Assembly (NCBI GenBank): GCA_965205485.1
Contig: OZ242180.1
Span: forward strand, 3,168,001-3,232,000
Source: Candidatus Latescibacterota bacterium
GTDB taxonomy: Bacteria; Latescibacterota; UBA2968; GCA-2709665
Reading direction: 5' to 3'
Length of the DNA stretch: 64,000 bases
Positions 10,101 through 19,500 of this stretch are shown here, in pieces (position 1 is the first letter of the stretch; each line of letters starts with the position of its first letter). Under the pieces are notes generated by a model, which was not told the origin of the DNA, searched no databases, and saw nothing but the letters and a program-made list of their open reading frames with translations. The position numbers and the translations under genes were made by a program.

Positions 10101-10417
10101 GCATCTTCAACTACGCCCCGCCTGAAGGCGGCAACCGGTACTACCGCGACCGCGCCCTGGATTCGCGGACGGACCTGGCCGTCGAAAAGACGTTCAACGT
10201 GACCGGCAGGGTGCAACCCACGCTCTTCGCCGATATCCGCAACGTCTTCAACCAGAAGGACCGTACCAGTCCGTCGAACAGTAACCTCTGGGCGTACATC
10301 GGACTGGACGGGCCGACGCCGGACGACAAGAATTACCGGTTGTACGGCGACAGCCGGGATCGGTCTTACGCGCATTCGCCGCGTCTTGCCCAGTTCGGGC
10401 TGCGCGTTAACTGGTAA
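7184..10417 (+). CDS. TonB-dependent receptor with N-terminal carboxypeptidase-regulatory-like domain
   Basis: TGKINGVVRD..LPGANVVI..DGYYVIINIPPGVY, plug motifs LQLQPGV, YVVDG and AEYGNAQGGVV, FSPRIGVSHPI, C-terminal PRLAQFGLRVNW. Confidence 0.9.
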   Translation: MKRKLLLFGIAFAVAAVGFIAGELQAGVTGKINGVVRDQAGEVLPGANVVIKELNLGSTADADGYYVIINIPPGVYTLSASLIGYETVSQTGVDVTSDHTTTINYNLKETALELGELVVTAGRPLVEPDKTTSKYTVTLEETERNLAAARRTSELLQLQPGVAVDGSNRIRGAYVDAGWYASDVAYVVDGVRMNHNDGRGRGGRYRQVNRGAIQELSVLTGVTPAEYGNAQGGVVQIITKEGGGEVNGWGEFRYEPAGKKHWGENVYDSPQHQDKVQWDNPIWANEKYPDLSDKINHPIFEEIAGELIHVRTNYTEWTGFGVEGNLSGPIGDRASFVATAKHERYAAVTPRAERIGFYNDRGSFQDDPGNLNVSGSITIKPTANLKLKIGGMYLGWDWYSNGNPDLFGGRHGSGGGAMVRGSGRNLFLPEKWSAAGLHDLREELQYAVFTHTLSPRTFYEVRVSHSRSKMDTLSGTHDVTGEIFRDQAGWFNIGRQAARYGQYDRQRIGAKVDLSSQITKGNFMKAGVEYQTSAITMILRYDTTPAARNLRVIMDEGQMGEKVKPFFLNAYLQDKMEFQGMIVNLGVRLDTFNPNSRQLTFGAYRGSSMFRYYTRARDWAYQEGSLWVTDAPWHVKFSPRIGVSHPITERSQMRFSTGVFLQWADLWYYFGEDYWTSGDAGDRDVNENGRIDATERMNNFRTTYSGQNGLHLLQPAKTTAFEVGADWNFVSDYTATLTAYYKSEVDHFTSYPNETWVGPRDFWIPYSRTLDNGAYGDTRGVELSMRKSFSHNFSFNVSYNYQWSQITTGKLGNVIRNVYMDSATVVHLSTTNAFTDRGITVPNFWIYWDALPDGSEAPRRLTGDDLVKYAQQGQNFHDGARAKGGQLGTGVWDGLRPVDNPALGNCGPNCSVKINSGSYTTLFFRPKSGDRRNFGSFSLLASFPDDFEFGHSFVGTVLKNLRLNVTSRIQTGGIFNYAPPEGGNRYYRDRALDSRTDLAVEKTFNVTGRVQPTLFADIRNVFNQKDRTSPSNSNLWAYIGLDGPTPDDKNYRLYGDSRDRSYAHSPRLAQFGLRVNW

Positions 10418-10425
10418 GGTAGTGG

Positions 10426-10455
10426 CGTGCCGGAAGCGACAATGCTTCCGGCACG
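10426..10455 (+). other. Intercistronic 12-bp perfect hairpin (mRNA stabiliser or attenuator)
   Basis: CGTGCCGGAAGC-GACAAT-GCTTCCGGCACG just after the TBDR stop, with no U-tract. Confidence 0.55.
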
Positions 10456-10494
10456 TCTGCTCCGCATTGCTTTCGAATGGAGGCAGAGAAGGAT

Positions 10495-12966
10495 ATGAAA
10501 CGATTGAATTTCATTGTTAAGGGGCTGGTTGCAGTCGCTTGCCTTGCGCTGGTTACGGTTGTTTTTCAGCCAGTCCCGGTCGATGCGCAGGCCACTCCGG
10601 ATAATATCTCCAGCAGGTACAACCTGCGGTCGCTGATATCGAACAGCTATAACAACATCGGCGGCATGGGCGGCAACCAGGAGTGGGGGCGCGGCTACAG
10701 ACGTAACGCATATCCCTGGAACGGCAACGGCCCGGGTTCGTTCGGCGCCGTGCTCTCCCAGTTCACGTCCAACCAGAAGTCGCAGATGTACAATGACTAC
10801 AAGGTCTCGGGCGGCGAGGGCATCTGGATCCTGAACGCCGACCGCGGCACGGTCACGGTAACGGGACCTCGTGAGAACCTGCAGATCGTGGAACACAACC
10901 AGGCGTTCCCCTACGATCCCGTGGGCAATCCCGAGGAGAACTGGGGACAGCCCAATCCGCTGAACCAGCTCGCCGAGTTGCCGAACAGCGCGATCTCGCC
11001 GGGTGAACAGGGCGCTGGGGGTTCCCTGTCCAATTACTGGCCGGGTGTCACCGCCGACGATCCGGGCAGCATCTATGGGGCGAACTGGGACCCGGTTAGC
11101 ACACCGCCGGCCCACATCGCCAACTTCAACCTTGGCGCGCATAACCTGGTGGACGTAACCATTCCGGAAGAGACCATCATCGCCCAGTGGATCGACAAAC
11201 AGAACGGTTTGCTGATGCAGCGGCGCGTATACAGCTGGTCCAACCCGGATTTCGACGACTTCTACATCGTGGACCTTACCTTCAAGAACATCGGAGACTT
11301 CGATGGTGACGGCGTAGGTGAAGCGCCGGGACCCATCAATAACCTCTACATTGCGTTCAAGAACGTGGCGGCCATGACGGCTATGGGCATCCTCGAAGAG
11401 TTCGGATGGAACTTCTACGCGTCCAACGCCCGCGGCATGGACGATACGTTGTGGTTTACGGAGGCCGACGGCTATCCGAATGCATTTTCCGCGAACGGGG
11501 CGTTCGCGGGCGAAGATATGCGGGCGGTCATCCGGAGAGACTCAGACAACCCGTTCTCCTCGCACGACGACACGGGCGATCCGTTTTTCAAGGCGATCGT
11601 GCCTTCCAACTACAATATTCTGCAGACGGAAGGCCAGCCGAGGGCGCCAAGCACCTATTTCATGGCGCCGGTCGCCTACGCCGACGACGCGGGCAAGTTC
11701 TCGTTCAACGAAGCCGACCGCGGGAAATACGTACAGCCTGGCGAAGACATGCAGCCGCGTTCGTTCCAGTGGTGGCTGGCGCGTTCCACGGGTGACTTCG
11801 ACGACCCCACCTATACAACGCACAGCGCCGCCGAGTTGGCCAGCGTCATAACGACGACGGGCTTTCAGGCCAATCCGGACGAGGGCGACATCTCCACGCG
11901 CAAGGTGTTCCACGACATGACCGTCTACGGGCCCTACAACGTGGGCGTGGATGAGACCGTCAAGCTCGTGTTTTCCTGGGGAGCCGGCCACCCGTCCTTG
12001 CTTGCGCCGATTCCCGCCAACGAGCAGGACATCGGACTCATAAAGTGGGACCGGTCCAGCGACAGTCCCGAGAACAAGATTCAGAAAATCAAGACCGACG
12101 GCGAGAAGGCAGCCCTGGAGAATCTAAAGTTGGCCCACTGGGTATATGACAACAACTACCAGGTGCCGGCCTCGCCCACCGAGGCGTACATTTCCGCCGA
12201 CAACCTCACGTCTTCCACCAAGGCCAAGCAGTTGATCCGGTGGGGCAGGGAGTCCGAGTCCGCGGTCAACCCGTACACGGGCGAGCAGGATGTCCTCGGC
12301 GTCCGCCTGTACAAGTCGGAGTGGTTCTCCTGGGGTCCCTGGGAGCTGTACGGGATCATCGAGAACGGTTCCAGCGGGTCTTCGGTCAGCCCGGCGGGAC
12401 TGCCTCGGGGCGAATGGGGCATCAATGCCAACGGCGTCTATGAATACGAAGACCTGGAGACCACGGCCGGCTTTTCCTACTTCTACTCCGCGCGTCCGTA
12501 TGCCAGGGGCGTGGACTCGTACACGTGGAACAGCGGGATGACCATCGACGACATCCCCAGCGATCGCGTGCAGAACAATATCCGGAGAGGATATGAAAGC
12601 GGCTGGGGTCCGTCCACGGCCAGGACCTACGACGGCGACAACCGCAAGCCGTTCCAGGCCCTGTTGTCCGGTCTTCCAGACGAGGTGCTCATCGTTCCGA
12701 ATCCGTATTACGTGGACGGCGTGCACCAGTATCCCAACTCCCGCAACCTTCGCATCGTGGGCCTGACCTCGGACGCGATCATTCACATTTACTCGGCTTC
12801 CGGCGACCGTGTGGAAACAACCGACCGGACCCCGCTCACAAAGGGCGAAACCGAGTTCCGTCAGATCTCGTTCAATATCGCCGGCGAAGTGCAGACCGGT
12901 CTGTACTACTTCGTTGTCGTATCCGGCGGAGAGACCCGAAAAGGCAGCTTCGTGCTGATCAAGTAG
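10495..12966 (+). CDS. Secreted protein with T9SS type-A-like C-terminal sorting domain
   Basis: Signal peptide, large acidic and aromatic body, FN3-like segment. C-terminus IVPNPY..IHIYSASGDRV..VQTGLYYFVV..RKGSFVLIK. Alternative start at 10477. Confidence 0.75.
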   Translation: MKRLNFIVKGLVAVACLALVTVVFQPVPVDAQATPDNISSRYNLRSLISNSYNNIGGMGGNQEWGRGYRRNAYPWNGNGPGSFGAVLSQFTSNQKSQMYNDYKVSGGEGIWILNADRGTVTVTGPRENLQIVEHNQAFPYDPVGNPEENWGQPNPLNQLAELPNSAISPGEQGAGGSLSNYWPGVTADDPGSIYGANWDPVSTPPAHIANFNLGAHNLVDVTIPEETIIAQWIDKQNGLLMQRRVYSWSNPDFDDFYIVDLTFKNIGDFDGDGVGEAPGPINNLYIAFKNVAAMTAMGILEEFGWNFYASNARGMDDTLWFTEADGYPNAFSANGAFAGEDMRAVIRRDSDNPFSSHDDTGDPFFKAIVPSNYNILQTEGQPRAPSTYFMAPVAYADDAGKFSFNEADRGKYVQPGEDMQPRSFQWWLARSTGDFDDPTYTTHSAAELASVITTTGFQANPDEGDISTRKVFHDMTVYGPYNVGVDETVKLVFSWGAGHPSLLAPIPANEQDIGLIKWDRSSDSPENKIQKIKTDGEKAALENLKLAHWVYDNNYQVPASPTEAYISADNLTSSTKAKQLIRWGRESESAVNPYTGEQDVLGVRLYKSEWFSWGPWELYGIIENGSSGSSVSPAGLPRGEWGINANGVYEYEDLETTAGFSYFYSARPYARGVDSYTWNSGMTIDDIPSDRVQNNIRRGYESGWGPSTARTYDGDNRKPFQALLSGLPDEVLIVPNPYYVDGVHQYPNSRNLRIVGLTSDAIIHIYSASGDRVETTDRTPLTKGETEFRQISFNIAGEVQTGLYYFVVVSGGETRKGSFVLIK

Positions 12967-12991
12967 CGGGCTTAAACTAGGAGGAAATGAC

Positions 12992-13984
12992 GTGAAAAGA
13001 AGCATGCTAATCATTGCGTCGGTCTTGGCCCTGCTGCTTGCCGCTTCACCGGCTTTGGCCGTGAAGTGGGGCGGGGTGACCGGTGAGTACGGTGTCAAGA
13101 AAGTCAATATCTCCGGGATGCAGTTCCTGAAGATCGGCCAGGGTGCCCGCGCCGTGGGTATGGGCGACGCGTTTACCGCGGTCGCCGACGACATCAACGC
13201 GATCTTCTGGAACGGCGCGGGGCTGGTACACGTGGAACGCGTGGCCTACCAGGCGAACTGGACGCGTTTCCTGCTCGACACCCAGCTCTACTCGGCCACG
13301 GCCGTCTGGAACACGCGTTCGGCCAGGGGAGAGGTGCTTGGGATTTCGGTGATTTCGCACAACCCGAAGCCCTCGAAGGAAACCACGATCTATCAGCCCA
13401 ACGGAACCGGGCAGGACGTGGTCGTACACAATATCTCCGTCGGCCTGCTATATGCGATCAAGTTCACCGACAAGTTCTCGTTCAGCGCCAAGGCGAACTA
13501 CGTCCAGGAGAAGCTCTACACGGTGAAGACCACGGGCTTCACGGTGGACGTGGGCAGCTTTTTCTACACGGGCTTCAGAAGCCTGCGTATCGCGATGGCG
13601 TTCAAGAATTTCGGACCTGACCGCAAGTCGGGCGACCGGGCATATCTGCTGCCGCTCGTCTACAATATCGGCGTGGCTGCCGAAGTCTACGGCGAAAAGG
13701 GCGATCCGTCCTACCTCACCGCATCCGTGGAGAGCGCGTTCTTCGTGGACTTCGAGCAGCGCTGGCATTTCGGTGCTGAGTTGTGGCTGCAGAATGCGCT
13801 CGCGTTGCGCGCCGGTTGGAAGTGGAATTACGACCTCGAGAGCATCGCCGTGGGCGCCGGCCTGAAGCAGACCTTCGGTGGACGCACGATCACGGCCGAT
13901 GTGGCGGTGTCGCTCCTGCAGAAAAACGACGGCGTCGTTATGTTCGATCCGCCGATCCGCGTATCTGTTGGCGGCACGTTCTAG
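12992..13984 (+). CDS. PorV/PorQ (UPF0164)-family outer-membrane barrel
   Basis: FLKIGQGARAVGMGDAFTAVADDINAIFWNGAGL signature, GAELW..LALRAG, C-terminal Phe. GGAGG RBS and GTG start. Confidence 0.85.
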   Translation: MKRSMLIIASVLALLLAASPALAVKWGGVTGEYGVKKVNISGMQFLKIGQGARAVGMGDAFTAVADDINAIFWNGAGLVHVERVAYQANWTRFLLDTQLYSATAVWNTRSARGEVLGISVISHNPKPSKETTIYQPNGTGQDVVVHNISVGLLYAIKFTDKFSFSAKANYVQEKLYTVKTTGFTVDVGSFFYTGFRSLRIAMAFKNFGPDRKSGDRAYLLPLVYNIGVAAEVYGEKGDPSYLTASVESAFFVDFEQRWHFGAELWLQNALALRAGWKWNYDLESIAVGAGLKQTFGGRTITADVAVSLLQKNDGVVMFDPPIRVSVGGTF

Positions 13985-14054
13985 CGGTGCCATTCCAAAG
14001 CGTTGGAGCCGATCGATTCTGACGTAATCCGGCGCTTTGTCGGCGTAAGAACCG

Positions 14055-14101
14055 ACGGGCGGCGACCGGGACTCTGAGCCCGGTTGCCGCCCGTTCTTTT
14101 T
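14055..14101 (+). terminator. Rho-independent terminator
   Basis: 16-bp stem ACGGGCGGCGACCGGG / CCCGGTTGCCGCCCGT followed by TCTTTTT. Confidence 0.8.
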
Positions 14102-14298
14102 GGTCAGGTTGTCGGCAGTAAGCGATCCGACCGGCATGGAAATTTACAGCAGCCTGCTTTTGGACGGATGGCTCCAACCCGGTTTGACGGTAGTCGGCTG
14201 TGCGCACGCCCTTTCGCACCGATACTTTCTGTGCTTTTTGTGGCCAATTTATCGGTTGTCTTTTTTTCGAATTGAGGTTAATCACTCGCCGTCGAAAT

Positions 14299-14323
14299 GT
14301 AGGGGCGTCCCTCGTGGCCGCCC
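14299..14323 (+). repeat. GTAG-type REP palindrome, copy 1
   Basis: GTAGGGGCGTCCCTCGTGGCCGCCC. Confidence 0.7.
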
Positions 14324-14342
14324 GGGCAGATTGAAGAAACAT

Positions 14343-16307
14343 ATGGCGAATCGCAATTCCCCGATACGCAAGAAGCCCGAGGTAAGGTCCTTACGTGAGG
14401 ATGTAAAGTACACATGGGCGTGGCCCGTTCTGGTGGGCGTCGCGGCGTTTGTGGTATACGTCAACGCGCTGGCCAACGGGCTGGTTTACGACGACCAGTT
14501 TCTGATCGTACGAAGCTGGATCGTGGAGCGGCTGGATTTCAAAATCGTTTTCACCACCCACTACTGGGCGGGCTATCCCGGTAACGAAACCGGGCAATAC
14601 CGTCCCCTGACGGTGCTGACGTTTCTGCTGGACGCCCTTGGAGGCATTAGCCCGTTTCGGTTTCATCTGACCAACGTGCTTCTTCACGTAAGTTGCAGCC
14701 TGCTGGCGTGGCTGCTGTGCAGGCGCGCGGGCCTGAGCGGTTTCGCAGCGGGCTTTGCGGGCCTGTTGTTTGCCGCACATCCGATTCATGCGGAAGTTGC
14801 TGCAGGTGTAACCTTTGGCCGGTCCGACCTGCTCGCCGGCGGCTTTCTCCTTGCGGGAATGTTGTTATATATGCAGAGTTCGGGTTCCCGCACGGCCTAT
14901 CTGATGGCGCTCGTTGCATTCTTCTGTGGATTGCTCAGCAAGGAGAGTGCGCTCGCGTTGTTGGGTCTGGTGGTCGTTTATGACCTTATGGTTGGGATGG
15001 AGGGCGTGAAGGGCGAGAATGCATCGGACGGCGATGGTGCAAGGAGAGGTCTGGCGCCGGCGGGTCTGGCCGGGTCGGCGGGGGAACCGGGAAAGAAGAG
15101 AGTGTTCAACCGCATTCTGGATGTCTGCCGGGCAAGATGGCCGTGGTGGCTGGGCTTCGCGTGCGTTTTCGCGCTCTGTCTGGTCGTGCGAGACGCCGCG
15201 GCAGGACTGGGCTTCGCACCCGGTGGGATGACGGAACTGGTGAATCCACTCTATGGCACTTCGCTTGAAACGCGCATCCTCACAGCCGGGAGAATCTTCT
15301 GGCACTACATTTCGCTCCTGGTCTTACCGTGGCGGCTTTCCGTGGATTACTCGTACAATGCAATTCCGGTTGCCGCTTCGCTGCTGGAACCGGGCGTGAT
15401 CGCGGGCCTGGCGCTGGCGCTTGGGGGACTGGGTTTGTGGGCGCGATCGCTGATCAGATGGCCACGTCTGTTTTTCTGTGGAGCGCTTTTTTGGGTGCCC
15501 TATTTCGGGGTGTCGCAGACTGTGGTGTTGCTGAATTCAATGGTCCAGGAGCGGTTTCTGTACATCCCTGCACTCGGTGCGTTCGCTCTTGCGGGGATTG
15601 GCGCAGAGCGGTTGTTCAGGAGATTCGGACTCGCCGTTGTTGTCGCGATGGGTCTTGTGTGCCTGGGTTACGCCGCGCGCACCGTTGTGCGAAACAATGA
15701 CTGGAGAGATGATTTCAGCTTGTTTTCGAGTGCTGCCAGCGCATATCCTCAAAGTGCGAAGATGCACCATGCAGTCGGGCAGGTGCATGCCGAGCGGGGA
15801 CGGATGGACGAGGCAATTCTTGCTTTTCGACGGGCGCTGTCCATCCGGGAAGAAGCCATGACCTATAACAATATGGGCAATGCGTACGGCGTGAAGGGGA
15901 CTTTTGAACAGGCGCTCGCGGCATATCGAAAAGCCGTGGATCTGAATCCGCAATACGCGGAAGCGTGGAAGAATCTGGGCGTGACTGCCATGCGGGCCGG
16001 CGAACCGGCGGTAGCGGCCGAAGGATTCAGGCAGGCAGCGATTCTGCTGCCGAAGGATAGGGAAGCCCGTTTCAATCTCGGCGTTGCTTTGGAGAAGTCG
16101 GGCATGCAGGATGAGGCGGCACAGGCTTATCGAAGGTCCGCGGCGTTGGGAGACACAAGAGCGCTATTCAACCTGGGTACGGTGCTTCAAACTCAGGGCA
16201 AGTCAGGGGATGCGGTCACGGCCTACGAAGCATTTCTGAAGCAATGGCGCGGCGATCCGAAGGTTTCTTCCGAAGCCCGTCGCCGCATTCGGTTGCTGAC
16301 GGAATAA
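14343..16307 (+). CDS. TMTC-like (GT-C, DUF1736) protein O-mannosyltransferase with C-terminal TPRs
   Basis: NGLVYDD, YRPLT, FHLTNVLLH, LLFAAHPIHAEV, GRSDLL, LLSKESA, LSVDYS, ERFLYIP and RNNDWRD motifs, then TPRs. Start set at ATG 14343, after the REP. Confidence 0.85.
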   Translation: MANRNSPIRKKPEVRSLREDVKYTWAWPVLVGVAAFVVYVNALANGLVYDDQFLIVRSWIVERLDFKIVFTTHYWAGYPGNETGQYRPLTVLTFLLDALGGISPFRFHLTNVLLHVSCSLLAWLLCRRAGLSGFAAGFAGLLFAAHPIHAEVAAGVTFGRSDLLAGGFLLAGMLLYMQSSGSRTAYLMALVAFFCGLLSKESALALLGLVVVYDLMVGMEGVKGENASDGDGARRGLAPAGLAGSAGEPGKKRVFNRILDVCRARWPWWLGFACVFALCLVVRDAAAGLGFAPGGMTELVNPLYGTSLETRILTAGRIFWHYISLLVLPWRLSVDYSYNAIPVAASLLEPGVIAGLALALGGLGLWARSLIRWPRLFFCGALFWVPYFGVSQTVVLLNSMVQERFLYIPALGAFALAGIGAERLFRRFGLAVVVAMGLVCLGYAARTVVRNNDWRDDFSLFSSAASAYPQSAKMHHAVGQVHAERGRMDEAILAFRRALSIREEAMTYNNMGNAYGVKGTFEQALAAYRKAVDLNPQYAEAWKNLGVTAMRAGEPAVAAEGFRQAAILLPKDREARFNLGVALEKSGMQDEAAQAYRRSAALGDTRALFNLGTVLQTQGKSGDAVTAYEAFLKQWRGDPKVSSEARRRIRLLTE

Positions 16308-16545
16308 AGGCGAATCACCGCATCAGGAACAGAATCAGCTTTGATTTTTGGTCCATATTCCTTATTCTATAGTGATATCCATTCACACCTGTCCAGAACC
16401 GGTTACCGGCCTGGACAGTATTGATTGCAGTGTATTTTGAAGTTATTGGCCGGATTTCGCGGTAGTCTTTATTTGTCTTTCTGTGCCTTTTGTGGCGATT
16501 GATCTCAAGCAGCCCAACCCCTATAACATCGGGGAGGAGCCGGTC

Positions 16546-19500
16546 GTGTCAGGCTCAGGAAAAACCGACTTCGGTCCAATTGCATTGCGTCTATTCACCG
16601 CCTGCTGGTTTACGGCCGGAATCGCGTTGCCGGTTCATGCGGAGTCCTCTAACCGGCGGGTCTGGACGGCTTCCTATGAAAACGGGCAGGCGGCACTGAC
16701 CGAAGTCTGGTCATCGGATGCGGCCGGAAAACAACGCAAACTGGGTGCCTTTCCGGGCCCGCCAGGACAATTGGGCTGGACCGCGGATGGCCGGCGGCTG
16801 TTCTACAGAGATCGCCCGTTGCGGGACTATCGTCTTTCTGGGCTGGGGCAGGCGGCGGTACCGATGGTGGAAAGCCAGGTATGGGAGGTGATGGTAAACG
16901 GCACGGTCGTCCGGCGTCCGGGAGAAGTCGAACTCGGACACCTCCACGTGGCGTGGGAATCCGCGCAGAACGGGGGGCCCCGAAACGGACCCAACCGCTC
17001 GCTCTCGGGCGTTGAGAAGGCGATGATGACCGTGAAACTGGCCTACGGGTCCCTGCATCAGTGGGATTTTCGTCAGGCGCAGCGTCTCTATCGCGATGCG
17101 GCCCAGCAATTCGAGGCGCTTGGACGGGACCAGCTTCTTTATTCAAAGCCCGCAATGGCGTATGCAAAAATGTTGGCCGTCAGGTCGCGAATGGCGGCGT
17201 CCGAGGGCGCCCGATGGGTTGGCAGGGAGAACCTGTCCGCGATCGGTGAGATGATTCGTGAGTACCGGCGACTCCATAACGGCAATTCGCCTGTCAATCT
17301 GCAGGTCCTGATGGCTTCTGCTCGCGCGGGCGGATTGGATGACGCCGAGGAACGAATCCTCAAACAGGTGTTCAGGTCTCCTGAAGATCGGAAGAAACGC
17401 ACGGTCAGCTATTTCTATAGATCCGTCGCTGCCGACGGTGAGGCCATGGTGATCAGTCCCTATCACCATGGGCGATTGTTGGAACTCGTGCGACAGGGGG
17501 ACGGTTTCGACGTGGTGGACAGGGTCGCCGGAAGAACGCAGGTTGATTCGTTACTGGACGTGGGCAGCCGGGTGCTGGAAACGGCGCCGGCGGCGTCCGT
17601 GCCGGTGTTGCAGGTGGTCACGCTGATGGCGCCGAAGTCAGCGCGGGGGCATTCACGGCTGGGATACGCATATCTGAAATCCAACAATCCTGATGCGGCG
17701 CTGCTTTCCTTCGAACGCGCGGTTCGGCTGGATCACAGGCTGTCCGAAGCCTACAACGGGCTTGGTCTGGTTTACGAAAAACGGCCGAAGGCCCGGTACG
17801 ACGCGATCCGGTTCTATACCAGGGCGCTGCAGTACAACCGTGACTACCTTGAAGCGCGATTCAATATCGCCAGACTTCGCCGCAGCCTTCGGGAGCACGA
17901 CGCGAAATACGACATTGAGAAAGTGATCGACATCGATCCAACGTATGCGCCCGCCTATCTGCTGCTGGGAGAATGGTACGAGGTCCACGAGGAGGACTTC
18001 GAACGGGCCGCGCTCCTCTACGCGCGATATATGACGTTGAAGCCGGACGATCCCGAGGGGCGAAAGCGCCTGGCCGCGGTTTATCTGAGGTCCCGGAATT
18101 ACAATCGGATCGTGGATCTGCTCACGGATTACGTCCGCGAACACCCGGATGAAACCGGCGTTATGGCCGTACTGGCCCAGGCCTGCGTACAGTTGGGAAG
18201 GCTTGAGTGGGCGGACCGGTATTTCAGTGAGTACCTGCAGGCGGCCACTCCATACGAGCAGGCGTTGTACCGCGATCCGATCCTGCTGATGTCCGGTGAG
18301 GAACGCGAGGCGTACGAACAGGCCCAGAGATCGGACCGCGTCGAGCTGGTGAAACGGTTCTGGACTGCGCACGATCCGGATCTGACCACGACCATTAACG
18401 AGCGGTTGCTGGAACACTACCGGCGGGTCTGGTATGCGCTTGGCGCATATTCAAGTGGCAAGCAGCCCTGGGACCGGCGGGGCGAGGTATATATCCGCTT
18501 CGGCGAACCTGATTACCGGTCGACCTCCGACATGAAGAACTACAACCAGAGCCTGAAGGTGCAGCGGGTCCGGGAACGCATCGCACGGCAGATGTACGGA
18601 CAGGCTGCCCTGCAAATGACCTTCATGGGCGGGCCCGTGTACGCGGTGCGCAGCCTGAAAGCCAACCTCAGCGGGGGCGCCAATCTGGGCGACGGGTTCG
18701 CCGCCGACCGGCAGGTCGTGGATCTCAGTATCGCGGCACGCAACACCGAAGCGGAACGGGTGATATCCGGCGGCCAGAACCAGCGGACCGGAATCACTTT
18801 TGAATCGGGCATTACGGCGGACAACGAGGTTTCGGATGCTTCCCTGGAATTGCTTCGGTTCGAGAATGTTCAGATGAACGAGGGCGCCCTGGCGGTGGGC
18901 GACACCCGGAACGATTTCGCATTCAAGGCCGTAACCTCGCAGGACGACGCCTCGATGGTGCCCTGGGAAGTCTGGGTCTATACCGATGTGAATGGTGGCA
19001 TCGAAATCACCTTTACAGACGAGCACATGCGCGGCGAGTTCGACTACGCCCCTCCGCCGATGGACGTGCGCATACCCATGCAGCAGCTTGCGCGGTTCAA
19101 CCAATTCAATCCGCGGTCCGTGGCCAAACAGGCGGCCCTGGTGACGCCGGATTACTACAAGCCGCCTGAAAACAAACTGCCGCTGGAGTTCTACTACGAT
19201 CTGGCCAACTTCCGGGAGGACGAACGGGGCGCCGGGTCCGTTCTGGAGGTCTATTTCGGTGCGCCTTACAAACTGGGGACGTATTCGCCTGACGACGACG
19301 AGACCGAGATGTTTCTTGAACGTTCCGTGGCACTCAACAACCCGCGTACCGGTGCGGTCTATCGCAGGCAGGGCAATCTCGTATTCCGTGGAGGCGGCGA
19401 CCTTACAGGAATGCGGGGCGGCTTTGTTCCCGATCTGGTGGGTCTGGACGTCCCCCCGGGCACGTACAGGATGGAGGTGCAGGTCAAGGACAGGTTGTCC

